NCBI GenBank assembly: GCA_039585915.1 | Contig: JBDGUZ010000002.1 | Span: forward strand, 1 to 44,444 | DNA length: 44,444 nt | Direction of reading: 5' to 3' | Source of the DNA: Gemmatimonadota bacterium | GTDB lineage: Bacteria > Gemmatimonadota > Gemmatimonadetes > Palauibacterales > Palauibacteraceae | Shown here: positions 9,954 through 18,188 of the stretch, in pieces | How the letters are laid out: every line of letters begins with the position of its first letter | How positions within the stretch are numbered: the stretch's first letter is position 1 | Translations under genes and position numbers: made by a program | The notes under the pieces: generated by a model | What the model was told of the DNA's origin: nothing | The model's database searches: none | What the model saw: the letters and a program-made list of their open reading frames with translations, nothing else

Positions 9954-11029
9954 CAGGAGATGCCCCGCTTGACCGTCTCGAGCCGCAGCAGCAGACCTTC
10001 AAGCACGGCCAGGTCGCCGTGTCCGGTCTTGGCCTGCCGATCCGCCTCGAGCAGCAGTTCGAGTGCCCGATCGATTTCCTCGGGCGTCCAGCTCCGGGCC
10101 TGTCCGGCCCACGCCCTGGCCTTCCACTTGAGGTACGGTTTTCCGACCTGGCCGAGAGTCTCGGTCACCCGGTCGGCCCCGCCCTCAGCTGCGATGCCGA
10201 GAAAAAGGTGCTGCTCGACCAGGCCGTTCAGCAGTCCGACCGCACTCTCGCTCGGTGCGGCCAGCAATCGGGGCAGCAGACCGAGCGCCACCATGTAGTC
10301 GCGGCTACCGACCAGGTCGAACCAGGCCCAGCGATTCACATCCCGGACGTTTGGAACCAGCTCCTGGACCCGGTCCAGATCCACTTGGTCGTCGGGCGCG
10401 GCCGCGGCCAGCTTGGCCAGTTCGGCGTCCAGGAGGCCGAGGTCGGTCCCGACTGCAGACCCGAGGGCCTCCGCCGCGTCGGAAGCGAGATTTACTCCGT
10501 AACGCCGCTCGGCTCGCTCGATCAGCCAGCCGGGCACTTCGGCCTCCCGGGGTGCGGACCACTGGAGGCTGAGGGCTCCGTCCTTCAGTCGCCGGTAGAA
10601 CCCCTTCTTCGAGCGATCCGGAATCGTAGCGGTAATGATGAGGGTGAGGTCGTCCGGGAACTTGGCCAGGACGTCCTCCACCACCTTGCATCCCTTCGGA
10701 GTGAGACGTTCAGCCTCGTACAGTACCACGACCCTGCGCGGAGCCATCATCGGGGCCATCGCCAGGGCCGCCGCCAGAGACTCGGGCGAGACGTCCGCCC
10801 CGCGGTAGGTATCGAAGTTGAAGTCGCGGGTCGCCGGCTCGAGAGCCGCTTCGGCGAGCCGGCGGGCAGCTTCGTCGCGAAGCCTGCCCGCATCCCCGTG
10901 AAAGAAGAAAGCGCCGCTGAGGGACTCCCCGGCGACGATACGTTCGAACCGCTGCTCGGCGGCGAGACTCACGCCGGGTCCACCGGCCGGTTCAGTGGCC
11001 GAGCGACGCCGACGCCTGGACCCAGGCAT
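9953..11029 (-). CDS. holA: DNA polymerase III delta subunit
   Basis: The size and an N-terminal pattern (FFFHGDAGRL...FNFDTYRG...APMMAPRRVVVLYEAERL) are typical of HolA. The start is uncertain: an in-frame GTG at 10972 would remove the overlap with the upstream anti-sigma gene. Confidence 0.7.
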   Translation of the reverse strand: MPGSRRRRRSATEPAGGPGVSLAAEQRFERIVAGESLSGAFFFHGDAGRLRDEAARRLAEAALEPATRDFNFDTYRGADVSPESLAAALAMAPMMAPRRVVVLYEAERLTPKGCKVVEDVLAKFPDDLTLIITATIPDRSKKGFYRRLKDGALSLQWSAPREAEVPGWLIERAERRYGVNLASDAAEALGSAVGTDLGLLDAELAKLAAAAPDDQVDLDRVQELVPNVRDVNRWAWFDLVGSRDYMVALGLLPRLLAAPSESAVGLLNGLVEQHLFLGIAAEGGADRVTETLGQVGKPYLKWKARAWAGQARSWTPEEIDRALELLLEADRQAKTGHGDLAVLEGLLLRLETVKRGIS

Positions 11030-11579
11030 CGGAATCCAGGATTACTGTCGGGTGGACGTGCGATCGCGGCTTCCAGATCGCAGCCCCCGCTTCGAGGATT
11101 TCGCCTCGATCACGGAGTGACGCATCGACGAAGGGTCCCCGTCGGAACAGGGTCGGGACATCCGCCTCGATAGCCGGCGGCACAAAGGCCGCGACCGGAT
11201 CGAGCTGCATCTCGACCGGCACAATCGCCGCGAACGGCAGCCAGAACAGGGCGAGCAGACCAACCGCCGCAACGCCGACGAGCGCCGCGCCGCCTGCGAA
11301 CCGATGCGCCGGCATATCGCTCAAACCTTCATCGACGTTGTAAAGACGGTGCTGCAGGCGGGGCATGAAATCGTCCGTCGGAAGCTCTGCCGGGAGGTGG
11401 GCGAGCAACTCGCTGCCCGCTCGCAGCACCCGATCGTAGCGCGCGCAACACGGGCAGGTCTCGACGTGTTCGCGGAATTCGGCTTCCTGTTCGGCGCTCA
11501 GGGCGCCGTCACGGTAGTCCGAGTATTCCTTTACGAAGCGATCGCAGTCGCAGAGCATCTTTCCGTTCGATCGCGGCAT
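10992..11579 (-). CDS. Zinc-finger (zf-HC2) anti-sigma factor, single-pass membrane protein
   Basis: H-x3-C-x2-C motif (HVETCPCC) near the N-terminus, a central TM helix (GGAALVGVAAVGLLALFWLPF), and location downstream of an ECF sigma gene. Confidence 0.7.
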   Translation of the reverse strand: MPRSNGKMLCDCDRFVKEYSDYRDGALSAEQEAEFREHVETCPCCARYDRVLRAGSELLAHLPAELPTDDFMPRLQHRLYNVDEGLSDMPAHRFAGGAALVGVAAVGLLALFWLPFAAIVPVEMQLDPVAAFVPPAIEADVPTLFRRGPFVDASLRDRGEILEAGAAIWKPRSHVHPTVILDSDAWVQASASLGH

Positions 11580-11687
11580 GAGCCGGCTGTTCTGGTTACC
11601 TCTCGAACACGTCCAGACTTCGGCGCGTGTTCACTCTCCCATCGAGGCGGTGATACGCGGCTGAGGAAAGGGGGTTCCCGGATGAAC

Positions 11688-11711
11688 GAAGGCGGCCCGG
11701 AGGCCGCCTTC
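11688..11711 (-). terminator. Perfect 10-bp GC hairpin between the ECF sigma and anti-sigma genes
   Basis: gaaggcggcc-cgga-ggccgccttc, read directly. It lies 33 nt downstream of the sigma stop (11744-11746). There is no U-tract on either strand. Confidence 0.35.
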
Positions 11712-11743
11712 AACTCTGATTCGAACTACCTGTCACCGATTGG

Positions 11744-12385
11744 TCAGTCCAGCATCGGACCGATGATCTGGGCGAACTTGTTCCGGGCCCGGTTCAGACG
11801 CGACTTCACCGTTCCGAGCGTGACCCCGGTAATGTCTGAGATTTCCTCGTACGTCTTCCCTTCCATCTCGCGAAGCACGAATACGACGCGGTGATGTTCG
11901 GGAAGCTCGGCGACCGCTTTTTCCACCTGCTCGCGCAGATGCCGCTTCCGGTACAAGTCATCGGGTGAATAGGAGTTGTCCTCCCATTGGAGCGGCCTGT
12001 GGTCCGCCTCCCAGTTCTTCTTGATCGCCTGGAACAGCACCATCGGATTCCGCGAGCGGTTCCTCAACTCGTTCTTCGCGAGGTTACTGGCGATCGTATA
12101 GATCCAGGTCGAGAATTTCTTCGTCGGGTCGAATCGGTGAAGATGCCTGTAGACTCGAACGAACGTCTCCTGGACGAGATCTTCGGCCCGGTCCCTGTCG
12201 CCGATTGTCCGATAGATGAAGTTCAACAGCCGCAGGTGATACCGATCCGCGAGCTCGTGAAACGCACGCCGCCGGCCGCCGAGATACTCGGCGACGAGAG
12301 CGGCGTCGTCCAGCGTCTTGAGATCGGTGCGCGCATCTCCAGCGCCGGACTGCCTGGTGGCCTGTTCCAGCCGGACTCCGGTCAT
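11744..12385 (-). CDS. ECF (sigma-70 family group 4) RNA polymerase sigma factor
   Basis: Region 2 (DLVQETFVRVYRHLHRFD...FSTWIYTIASN) and region 4 HTH (YEEISDITGVTLGTVKSRLNRAR). Confidence 0.92.
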   Translation of the reverse strand: MTGVRLEQATRQSGAGDARTDLKTLDDAALVAEYLGGRRRAFHELADRYHLRLLNFIYRTIGDRDRAEDLVQETFVRVYRHLHRFDPTKKFSTWIYTIASNLAKNELRNRSRNPMVLFQAIKKNWEADHRPLQWEDNSYSPDDLYRKRHLREQVEKAVAELPEHHRVVFVLREMEGKTYEEISDITGVTLGTVKSRLNRARNKFAQIIGPMLD

Positions 12386-12547
12386 TTTCGCTCCCCATTC
12401 ACCGGGCCTCGGGTGGCCCGGCAGCTACCGATGCGTGATCGTCGGTTCCCGACGACCGGCATCGTATCTGATAATCACGTGCCCTCCCATCCGGGCGCGC
12501 GACACATTACGGAGCTCGATCCCATTCCCTGTACCTGAGACACCTGG

Positions 12548-13141
12548 TCAGGGCTGAGCGTTGCCTGCAACTCCCGGCTCGAGCATTCGATCTGCCAGCA
12601 ACAGCGCGATCATCGTCTTCGCATCGTCGATCTCGCCGCTCAGAACCCGCTCAACAGCTTCCTGAAGCGGCATTTCGTGCCGCTCGATGAACTCGTGAGC
12701 CTCGAGCGCCACTTGTCCCGGTTTCAGTCCCGTCGCCAGGAACAAATGGATTCGCTCGTCCGTGAAACCCGGGGTCGTCCAGATCGTCGTCAGATGACGG
12801 AACTCTTCGGCCCGGACTCCAATCTCCTCCTCCAGCTCCCTCGAGGCGCAGGACTCCGGCGACTCGCCATCGTCCAGTTTGCCCGCGGGAAGCTCCCACA
12901 GATATCCGCCCGTGGCGTGCCGGTGCTGCCGGATCAGGATCACAGCCGCATCCGGCCCGCCCGACCACTCTCCCGGCCGGAACAGGGGAAGAGCCGCCGC
13001 AGCTCCCCTGTGCCGCACGATCTCGAGCCGGCCCTCGCTGCCATCGGGGTAGCGCACATGCTCGACATTCAGGTCGAGGACGCGCCCCCGGAAGACGGGA
13101 CGAGTTTCGATCGTTCCCGAATCGTCGCGCACGGGCCGCAT
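12548..13141 (-). CDS. Nudix hydrolase (ADP-ribose pyrophosphatase-like)
   Basis: Nudix box GKLDDGESPESCASRELEEEIGV. I chose ATG at 13141 (MRPVRDD...) because the longer track ORF, which extends to 13261, overlaps the M16 gene. Confidence 0.85.
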   Translation of the reverse strand: MRPVRDDSGTIETRPVFRGRVLDLNVEHVRYPDGSEGRLEIVRHRGAAAALPLFRPGEWSGGPDAAVILIRQHRHATGGYLWELPAGKLDDGESPESCASRELEEEIGVRAEEFRHLTTIWTTPGFTDERIHLFLATGLKPGQVALEAHEFIERHEMPLQEAVERVLSGEIDDAKTMIALLLADRMLEPGVAGNAQP

Positions 13142-13202
13142 TTCCGCGTTCAATTGTATGACGGAATTCGTGCTGAGAAAGTAACCGAAAGATCCCCGAA
13201 GA

Positions 13203-14558
13203 TCAAGGTGCCGAACGCTCCGCAACCATTCCAAAGGATGACAGATCCGCGCGCAGGGCATCTGCTTCCCCGCCCGCGACCAGGACCCGTCCGGCCGGAT
13301 CGAGATACCGCTCCGCCACCCGCACCACCTCTTCTCGACCGACCCGGGCGACCCGGGTTGGAAACTGTTTCCACCAGTCGAGCGGAAGGTCGTAAGCGAC
13401 TCGTTCCGCTTCCTTCGACGCGACCTGGCTGGTCGTCTCGAATTGTCGAGGGAGCGACAGGATCAGGGCGTTGCGGGCGCCTGCCAGCTCATCTTCGGAA
13501 GGCGGACGCTCGGTCATGCTGCGGATCTCGAACAGCATCTCCTCGAACGCGCGTGCCGTGACGGGAGTATCGACGGCGGCACTGGCCACGAACGGGCCGG
13601 GCGCACGCCTCAAAGAGAATCCCGACCGGGCACCGTACGTCCACCCTTTGTCTTCGCGTAGATTCAGGTTGATCCGGGAGGTGAACAGACCACCGAGAAT
13701 CGCGTTCATCACCAGCACTGGAATCTCGTCCTCGTCTCCGCGCGCCAGCCCGACGGCGCCGATCCGGATCTCCGACTGCTGGCTGCCGGGACGGTCCACG
13801 AGCGTCACGGTCCCCGCGGAGCACGCCGGGCCCGGATGACTCACCGCGGAGTTCCTGCCGCCACCAGCGGCCCATGCCCCGAAGCTCCGCTCGACTACGG
13901 CCACGAATGCCTCGGGATCGACATCGCCCGCCGCGACCAGGAACGAGGAATCTGCCTCGTAGCTGCGCTCCCAGAATTTCCTGAGCTTTCCGCCGTCCAG
14001 CGCCTCGAGCGTCTCCACCCGGCCGCGAACCGGACGGCCGTACGGATGATCTCCGAAGATCCCCACCGACAGAGCCTCCGAAGCCAGCTCCCCCGGTTCG
14101 TCCCCGGTCCTGCGGACCTCGTCCAGTCGCTCTTTCCGAACCCTGGCGACTTCATCAGGCAGGAACGAGGGCGCGAGGACGACGGCCGCCAGGTAGTCGA
14201 GCGCTTCTTCACTCGTATCCGACAGAGTATGCAGTGAGAACCGGGCGGAATCGTGTCCGACCCCGCTGCCGATGGATGCCCCCAGATGATCCAGCCACTC
14301 GGCCATCTGCATCGCGGTGCGACCGGCCGCACCCGCCGGAAGCACCTTGGCGGTCAGGGCCGCAACGCCGGCGTCTGCCGCGGGCTCCACCGCCGCGCCG
14401 CCATCCACCATGAGCCGAATCGCGACCTCCGGGAGCTTCGGAACCCGGGCAACCCGGATCCGGAATCCCCCGGAAAGTATCGTCTCGTGAAATTCCGGGG
14501 TCGCCGGCGGAGGAGTCGGCAGAGACGGAGGCGGACGCTTGCGATCCAGGGTGCTCAC
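13203..14558 (-). CDS. M16-family (pitrilysin/insulinase-like) peptidase, non-catalytic partner subunit
   Basis: M16 fold pattern without an HxxEH motif. GTG at 14558 lies 1 nt after the stop of the upstream M16 gene (14560-14562), so I prefer it to the far-upstream start in the ORF track. Confidence 0.8.
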   Translation of the reverse strand: MSTLDRKRPPPSLPTPPPATPEFHETILSGGFRIRVARVPKLPEVAIRLMVDGGAAVEPAADAGVAALTAKVLPAGAAGRTAMQMAEWLDHLGASIGSGVGHDSARFSLHTLSDTSEEALDYLAAVVLAPSFLPDEVARVRKERLDEVRRTGDEPGELASEALSVGIFGDHPYGRPVRGRVETLEALDGGKLRKFWERSYEADSSFLVAAGDVDPEAFVAVVERSFGAWAAGGGRNSAVSHPGPACSAGTVTLVDRPGSQQSEIRIGAVGLARGDEDEIPVLVMNAILGGLFTSRINLNLREDKGWTYGARSGFSLRRAPGPFVASAAVDTPVTARAFEEMLFEIRSMTERPPSEDELAGARNALILSLPRQFETTSQVASKEAERVAYDLPLDWWKQFPTRVARVGREEVVRVAERYLDPAGRVLVAGGEADALRADLSSFGMVAERSAP

Positions 14559-14559
14559 G

Positions 14560-15894
14560 TCAGCTCTCCGAGCCCGGGAGCGCAGCCGCGACGTTTTCCG
14601 ACGCGCCGCGCGATCCATCGGGAACGATGTGCACGACCGACCGTCGTGCCGGGTCGAGCAGCGTCCGAGCAGATCCTGCGACTTCGTCCAGCCGCATCTC
14701 TTCGTAGCGCTCGAACACCTGGTTGATGTAGTCGGGATCTCCCCGCAGCACCGCGGCATGGGCCAGCAAATCCGCCCTGCGCGTCACGGAGTCGAGCTGG
14801 CGAACGAGCTGTCGCCGGGCGCGGTTGCGCGCTCCCTCGATCTCTCTGTCCGTCGGGCCCGACGATCGCAGCTGTTCGAGCACGTCCGTGACTGCATCCT
14901 CGAGCTCCTGAGCCTCGACTCCGGGCCGTCCGGTGGCGACGACCCACAGCATTCCCACGCTCTCCGACGGCCAGACGAACGCGCTCACATCGGCCGCGAC
15001 CCGCTGCTCGTACACCAGGGCCCGGTACAGGCGCGAGCTCCTTCCCTCGGCGAGCAGAGAGCAGAGGACATCCGCTGGCTCGAAGCCGGGGTCGGGGAAT
15101 GGTGGTGCATGAAACATCAGGTACACGCGTGGCACGCTGACCCGGTCTGGAACGATAGCCTCGCCCGGCGTGCCGGCCTCGATGATAGGAACGGCAGCCC
15201 GGCCCGGGGTCGGGCGCGACGGAATCTCGCCGAACCAGCGCTCCGCCCTGCGGAATGCATCTGCTGTATCGACCGCTCCCGAGATCACGAGCACGGCGTT
15301 GTTTGGGCCGTACCAGCTCTCGAACCAGCCTCTCACATCCTCGAGTGATGCCGTGTCGAGATCCTCCATGTAGCCGATGGTCGGATGCCGGTAGGGATGT
15401 CCCTGCGGGTACGCCCGTTCGAGCATCGCCTCCACGGCCATCCCATACGGGCGGTTCTCGTACGACTGACGGCGTTCGTTCTTCACGACGTCGCGCTGGT
15501 TGTCCAGCTTTCCCTGCGTGATCGCGGGAAGAAAGAAGCCCATTCGGTCCGACTCGAGCCACAACGCGAGATCGAGGTCGCCCGACGGGAGTGTCTCGTA
15601 GTAGTTGGTCCGATCGAACCAGGTCGTGCCGTTCAGGGTCCCGCCGGCTACCTGGATACGCCGGAAGTGCTCGCCTTCCGGAACGTTCTCCGATCCCTGG
15701 AACAGCAGGTGCTCGAACAGGTGCGCGAAGCCGCGACGACCGGGCGGCTCGTTCTTGCTGCCCACGTGATACATGAGATGCGTGGCAACGAGCGGGGCCG
15801 AGTCGTCAGGGTGCACGACCACCTGCATCCCGTTGTCGAGCATCTGCTGCTCGAACGGGAACCGGGCGTCGGCGGCTCGACCGTGGCTCGTCAT
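14560..15894 (-). CDS. M16-family zinc peptidase, catalytic subunit
   Basis: Inverted zinc motif HxxEH (GFAHLFEHLLFQGS) with a downstream Glu, and the typical NGTTWFDRTNYY. Confidence 0.9.
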   Translation of the reverse strand: MTSHGRAADARFPFEQQMLDNGMQVVVHPDDSAPLVATHLMYHVGSKNEPPGRRGFAHLFEHLLFQGSENVPEGEHFRRIQVAGGTLNGTTWFDRTNYYETLPSGDLDLALWLESDRMGFFLPAITQGKLDNQRDVVKNERRQSYENRPYGMAVEAMLERAYPQGHPYRHPTIGYMEDLDTASLEDVRGWFESWYGPNNAVLVISGAVDTADAFRRAERWFGEIPSRPTPGRAAVPIIEAGTPGEAIVPDRVSVPRVYLMFHAPPFPDPGFEPADVLCSLLAEGRSSRLYRALVYEQRVAADVSAFVWPSESVGMLWVVATGRPGVEAQELEDAVTDVLEQLRSSGPTDREIEGARNRARRQLVRQLDSVTRRADLLAHAAVLRGDPDYINQVFERYEEMRLDEVAGSARTLLDPARRSVVHIVPDGSRGASENVAAALPGSES

Positions 15895-16315
15895 ACTTCA
15901 ATCCTGGATCCGGGGAGTCAGCATTACGCTACCGGGGGACTCGGGAGCCCGAACATATCCGCGGAATCGGTACCGCTCAACCAGGAGACGTGAACGGAGC
16001 CCGCGAGTGGTTGCTGCACAATGTTCTTGCAAGACACAACGGGACGTGGAAGGTCGCCCCGCTTCAGAGCTTTGAGTGTACTCGGCCCGGCAGCACGCAG
16101 ATCCATGCCAGGGGGCGTCGACATTTCCCTCTAACGCATGCATTAACAGCATGTTATGAGCGATGTCGGACAGCTGTCAGCTGCAGGTTTGTCAAGCTTC
16201 GAAGAGTGCGGGGAACACCAATTGCCCATTCGCCGACGAACACGGCCCCGCGATGGCAGACACGGCCCGTTCGCAGGGCAAGCCGGACACTCTTTGATAC
16301 GGGGGAACACGAGAC

Positions 16316-16834
16316 ATGAAGAAGCTGCTTCTGCTAACGGCTGCCGTCGCGCTATTCGGCGCTACCGCCCGAACAGCCAACGCCCAGGCCACGGGTATCG
16401 GAACGACGTCGGCGACCGTTCCGGCGTCCGCACAGCTCACGATCGGGTCGATTCTGTTCATCAATATCGACATCAACAGCATCACCTTCCCGACTCCGGA
16501 CGCGAATGACTTCACTGCCGGCCTCATCGACGCCAACGAGACCAGCACCCTCACGTACTTCGGCAACGTGCCGCACGACGTAGAGATCAAGGCAAACGCC
16601 GGGGCATTCACTCCGACTGGCGGCTCAACGTACAGCAAGCCGGCGTCCGATTTCGAGTACTCGGTGGACGGGGGAGCGTTTACTCCCATCTCGACGACGG
16701 CAGCCGATGTGGTGAACGGGAATCCGGCGGGTGGCGGGACCACCACAATGGATTACCAGGTTCTCCTGAATGACGCCCTCGACGTTCCGGGTACTTACAC
16801 ACTCGGCTTCACCTACACGGTCGTGCCGAACTGA
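16316..16834 (+). CDS. Secreted pilin-like beta-sandwich protein, paralog 1 (SCPU/Csu-like by motif only)
   Basis: Signal peptide MKKLLLLTAAVALFGATARTANA. It is Thr/Gly/Ala-rich, has no Cys, and carries the C-terminal motif PGTYTLGFTYTVVPN. It is a clear paralog of the 17721..18188 product. Confidence 0.75.
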   Translation: MKKLLLLTAAVALFGATARTANAQATGIGTTSATVPASAQLTIGSILFINIDINSITFPTPDANDFTAGLIDANETSTLTYFGNVPHDVEIKANAGAFTPTGGSTYSKPASDFEYSVDGGAFTPISTTAADVVNGNPAGGGTTTMDYQVLLNDALDVPGTYTLGFTYTVVPN

Positions 16835-16880
16835 CCGTGACTGTTCTCACCTGGTAGCAAGGTGAACTGAGGTTGAGATC

Positions 16881-17720
16881 GTGAGAGATGGAGTGGCGGA
16901 ATCAGCCCGTCGATTGGTGAGTTCGACAAGCAAGGCAGGCCGGACGCGAGTTGCGTTCGGCCTGCTTGTTTGTTTCGCTCTCCTCACACCCACACTCGGT
17001 CAAGCGCAGTTCTCAGTCAGCCCGGTGATCCTGACGCTTCCTCGGAATGGAGACGGAGGTGTGTCGGTCGGCCTGCTGTCGATCCGGAACGAGGGAGAGG
17101 AATCTCTGGAGTTTCGTCTACAGGCAGTTGACTTCGACCAGTCGTCCGAAGGCGGTCACTCCTACCTCCCCAGTGGCTCGCACCCGAGCAGTTGCGGGAA
17201 GGATGTGCGAATCACACCCGAAGCGTTGGCGGTGGATGCCGGGCAGTCCCAGCAGGTGCGATTCGAGATTCCTGGCGGCTCTCCGAATGAATCGTGCTGG
17301 TGCATGGTATTCATCGAGAGTCCCGCCACATCGGAATCCGGAGTGGTGATCAACCAACGCATCGGGGTGAAGGTGTTCGGAATCGGAAACTCGACGGCGC
17401 CGGGGGGTGAATTCCATTCCGGCTCGGTCGTCGAGGAAGATGGAGTCCGGTCGGTGGCGCTGGAATACGGAAATCCAGGCGATGCACCTGCCTGGCCGGT
17501 CGGATCGGTTGAAGTCAGGGACTTCCGGGGGACGGTGGTGGCCTCCAGCGCCGTGCGGCCGTTCACTGTGCTCCCCGGTTCGAAGCGCCAGCTGGTGGTC
17601 GAACTCCCGGGCGAACTCGAACCGGGGCGATATCTCGCTGTCCCGATGCTCGACTTCGGTGGGGGTACCTGGCCGGAACGCAGATTCCTTTCCGCGTTCC
17701 CTGAGGCGCGAGGTCAGTGA
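16881..17720 (+). CDS. Secreted two-Ig-domain protein, PapD-like periplasmic chaperone candidate
   Basis: GAGG lies 8 nt upstream of GTG at 16881. A signal peptide is present (VAFGLLVCFALLTPTLGQAQ). The PapD_N-like pattern is FSVSPVILTL..LSIRNEGEESLEF..ITPEALAVDAGQSQQVRF..RIGVKVFG. The mature size of ~235 aa is typical of fimbrial chaperones. Confidence 0.55.
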   Translation: MRDGVAESARRLVSSTSKAGRTRVAFGLLVCFALLTPTLGQAQFSVSPVILTLPRNGDGGVSVGLLSIRNEGEESLEFRLQAVDFDQSSEGGHSYLPSGSHPSSCGKDVRITPEALAVDAGQSQQVRFEIPGGSPNESCWCMVFIESPATSESGVVINQRIGVKVFGIGNSTAPGGEFHSGSVVEEDGVRSVALEYGNPGDAPAWPVGSVEVRDFRGTVVASSAVRPFTVLPGSKRQLVVELPGELEPGRYLAVPMLDFGGGTWPERRFLSAFPEARGQ

Positions 17721-18188
17721 ATGATCCGCTCGCTGGGACTCGGACTCTCTTTGGTCGTACTGATCGCGGGGAATCTCGCGGGCCAGGCCGCCTGCGAAAC
17801 AGGCCCAGATAAAACGAAAGTCGACGTCGTCCCCGATCCTATCATCTTTCCCAATCCCACCGGCGCAGACTTCTATCTCGGGTGGGTGATGTCCGGAACC
17901 GTCACGGTCCGGGTGAATCCCCGGGGCGGTGGTCGCAACCGGTCCTGGGTGCTGTGTCTCGCGTCCGATGATCTGGACATGGGCGGGTACGGCAAGCCGG
18001 TTTCCGACCTCGAGTGGCAGGTTGAAGGAGGATCCGGCTGGACGCCGGTCGACCTGGCCAACCAGATAGTGCTGCAGGGAAGGGGCCGGGCGACTGTACT
18101 ACTCCGATTCCGGGCCCTGCTGTTCTCCGAGCGGGACGCGCCCGGCACCTACGACGCCGTCCTGCGTTTCACGGCTACGCGGACATGA
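17721..18188 (+). CDS. Secreted pilin-like beta-sandwich protein, paralog 2
   Basis: ATG comes immediately after the upstream TGA. Signal peptide MIRSLGLGLSLVVLIAGNLAGQA, two Cys residues, and blocks shared with paralog 1 (IIFPNPTGADF.LG, KPVSDLEWQVEGGSGWTPV, PGTYDAVLRFTATRT). Confidence 0.7.
   Translation: MIRSLGLGLSLVVLIAGNLAGQAACETGPDKTKVDVVPDPIIFPNPTGADFYLGWVMSGTVTVRVNPRGGGRNRSWVLCLASDDLDMGGYGKPVSDLEWQVEGGSGWTPVDLANQIVLQGRGRATVLLRFRALLFSERDAPGTYDAVLRFTATRT

Noticed and set aside
12421-12450. ECF-type autoregulated promoter upstream of the sigma gene (minus-strand GGGAACC at 12450-12444, followed ~16 nt later by ..CGGTAGC..).
   Set aside because: The -35-like GGAAC is plausible, but I cannot identify a convincing -10 (CGTC/GTC-type) element at the right spacing. 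The evidence is too weak to call a feature.
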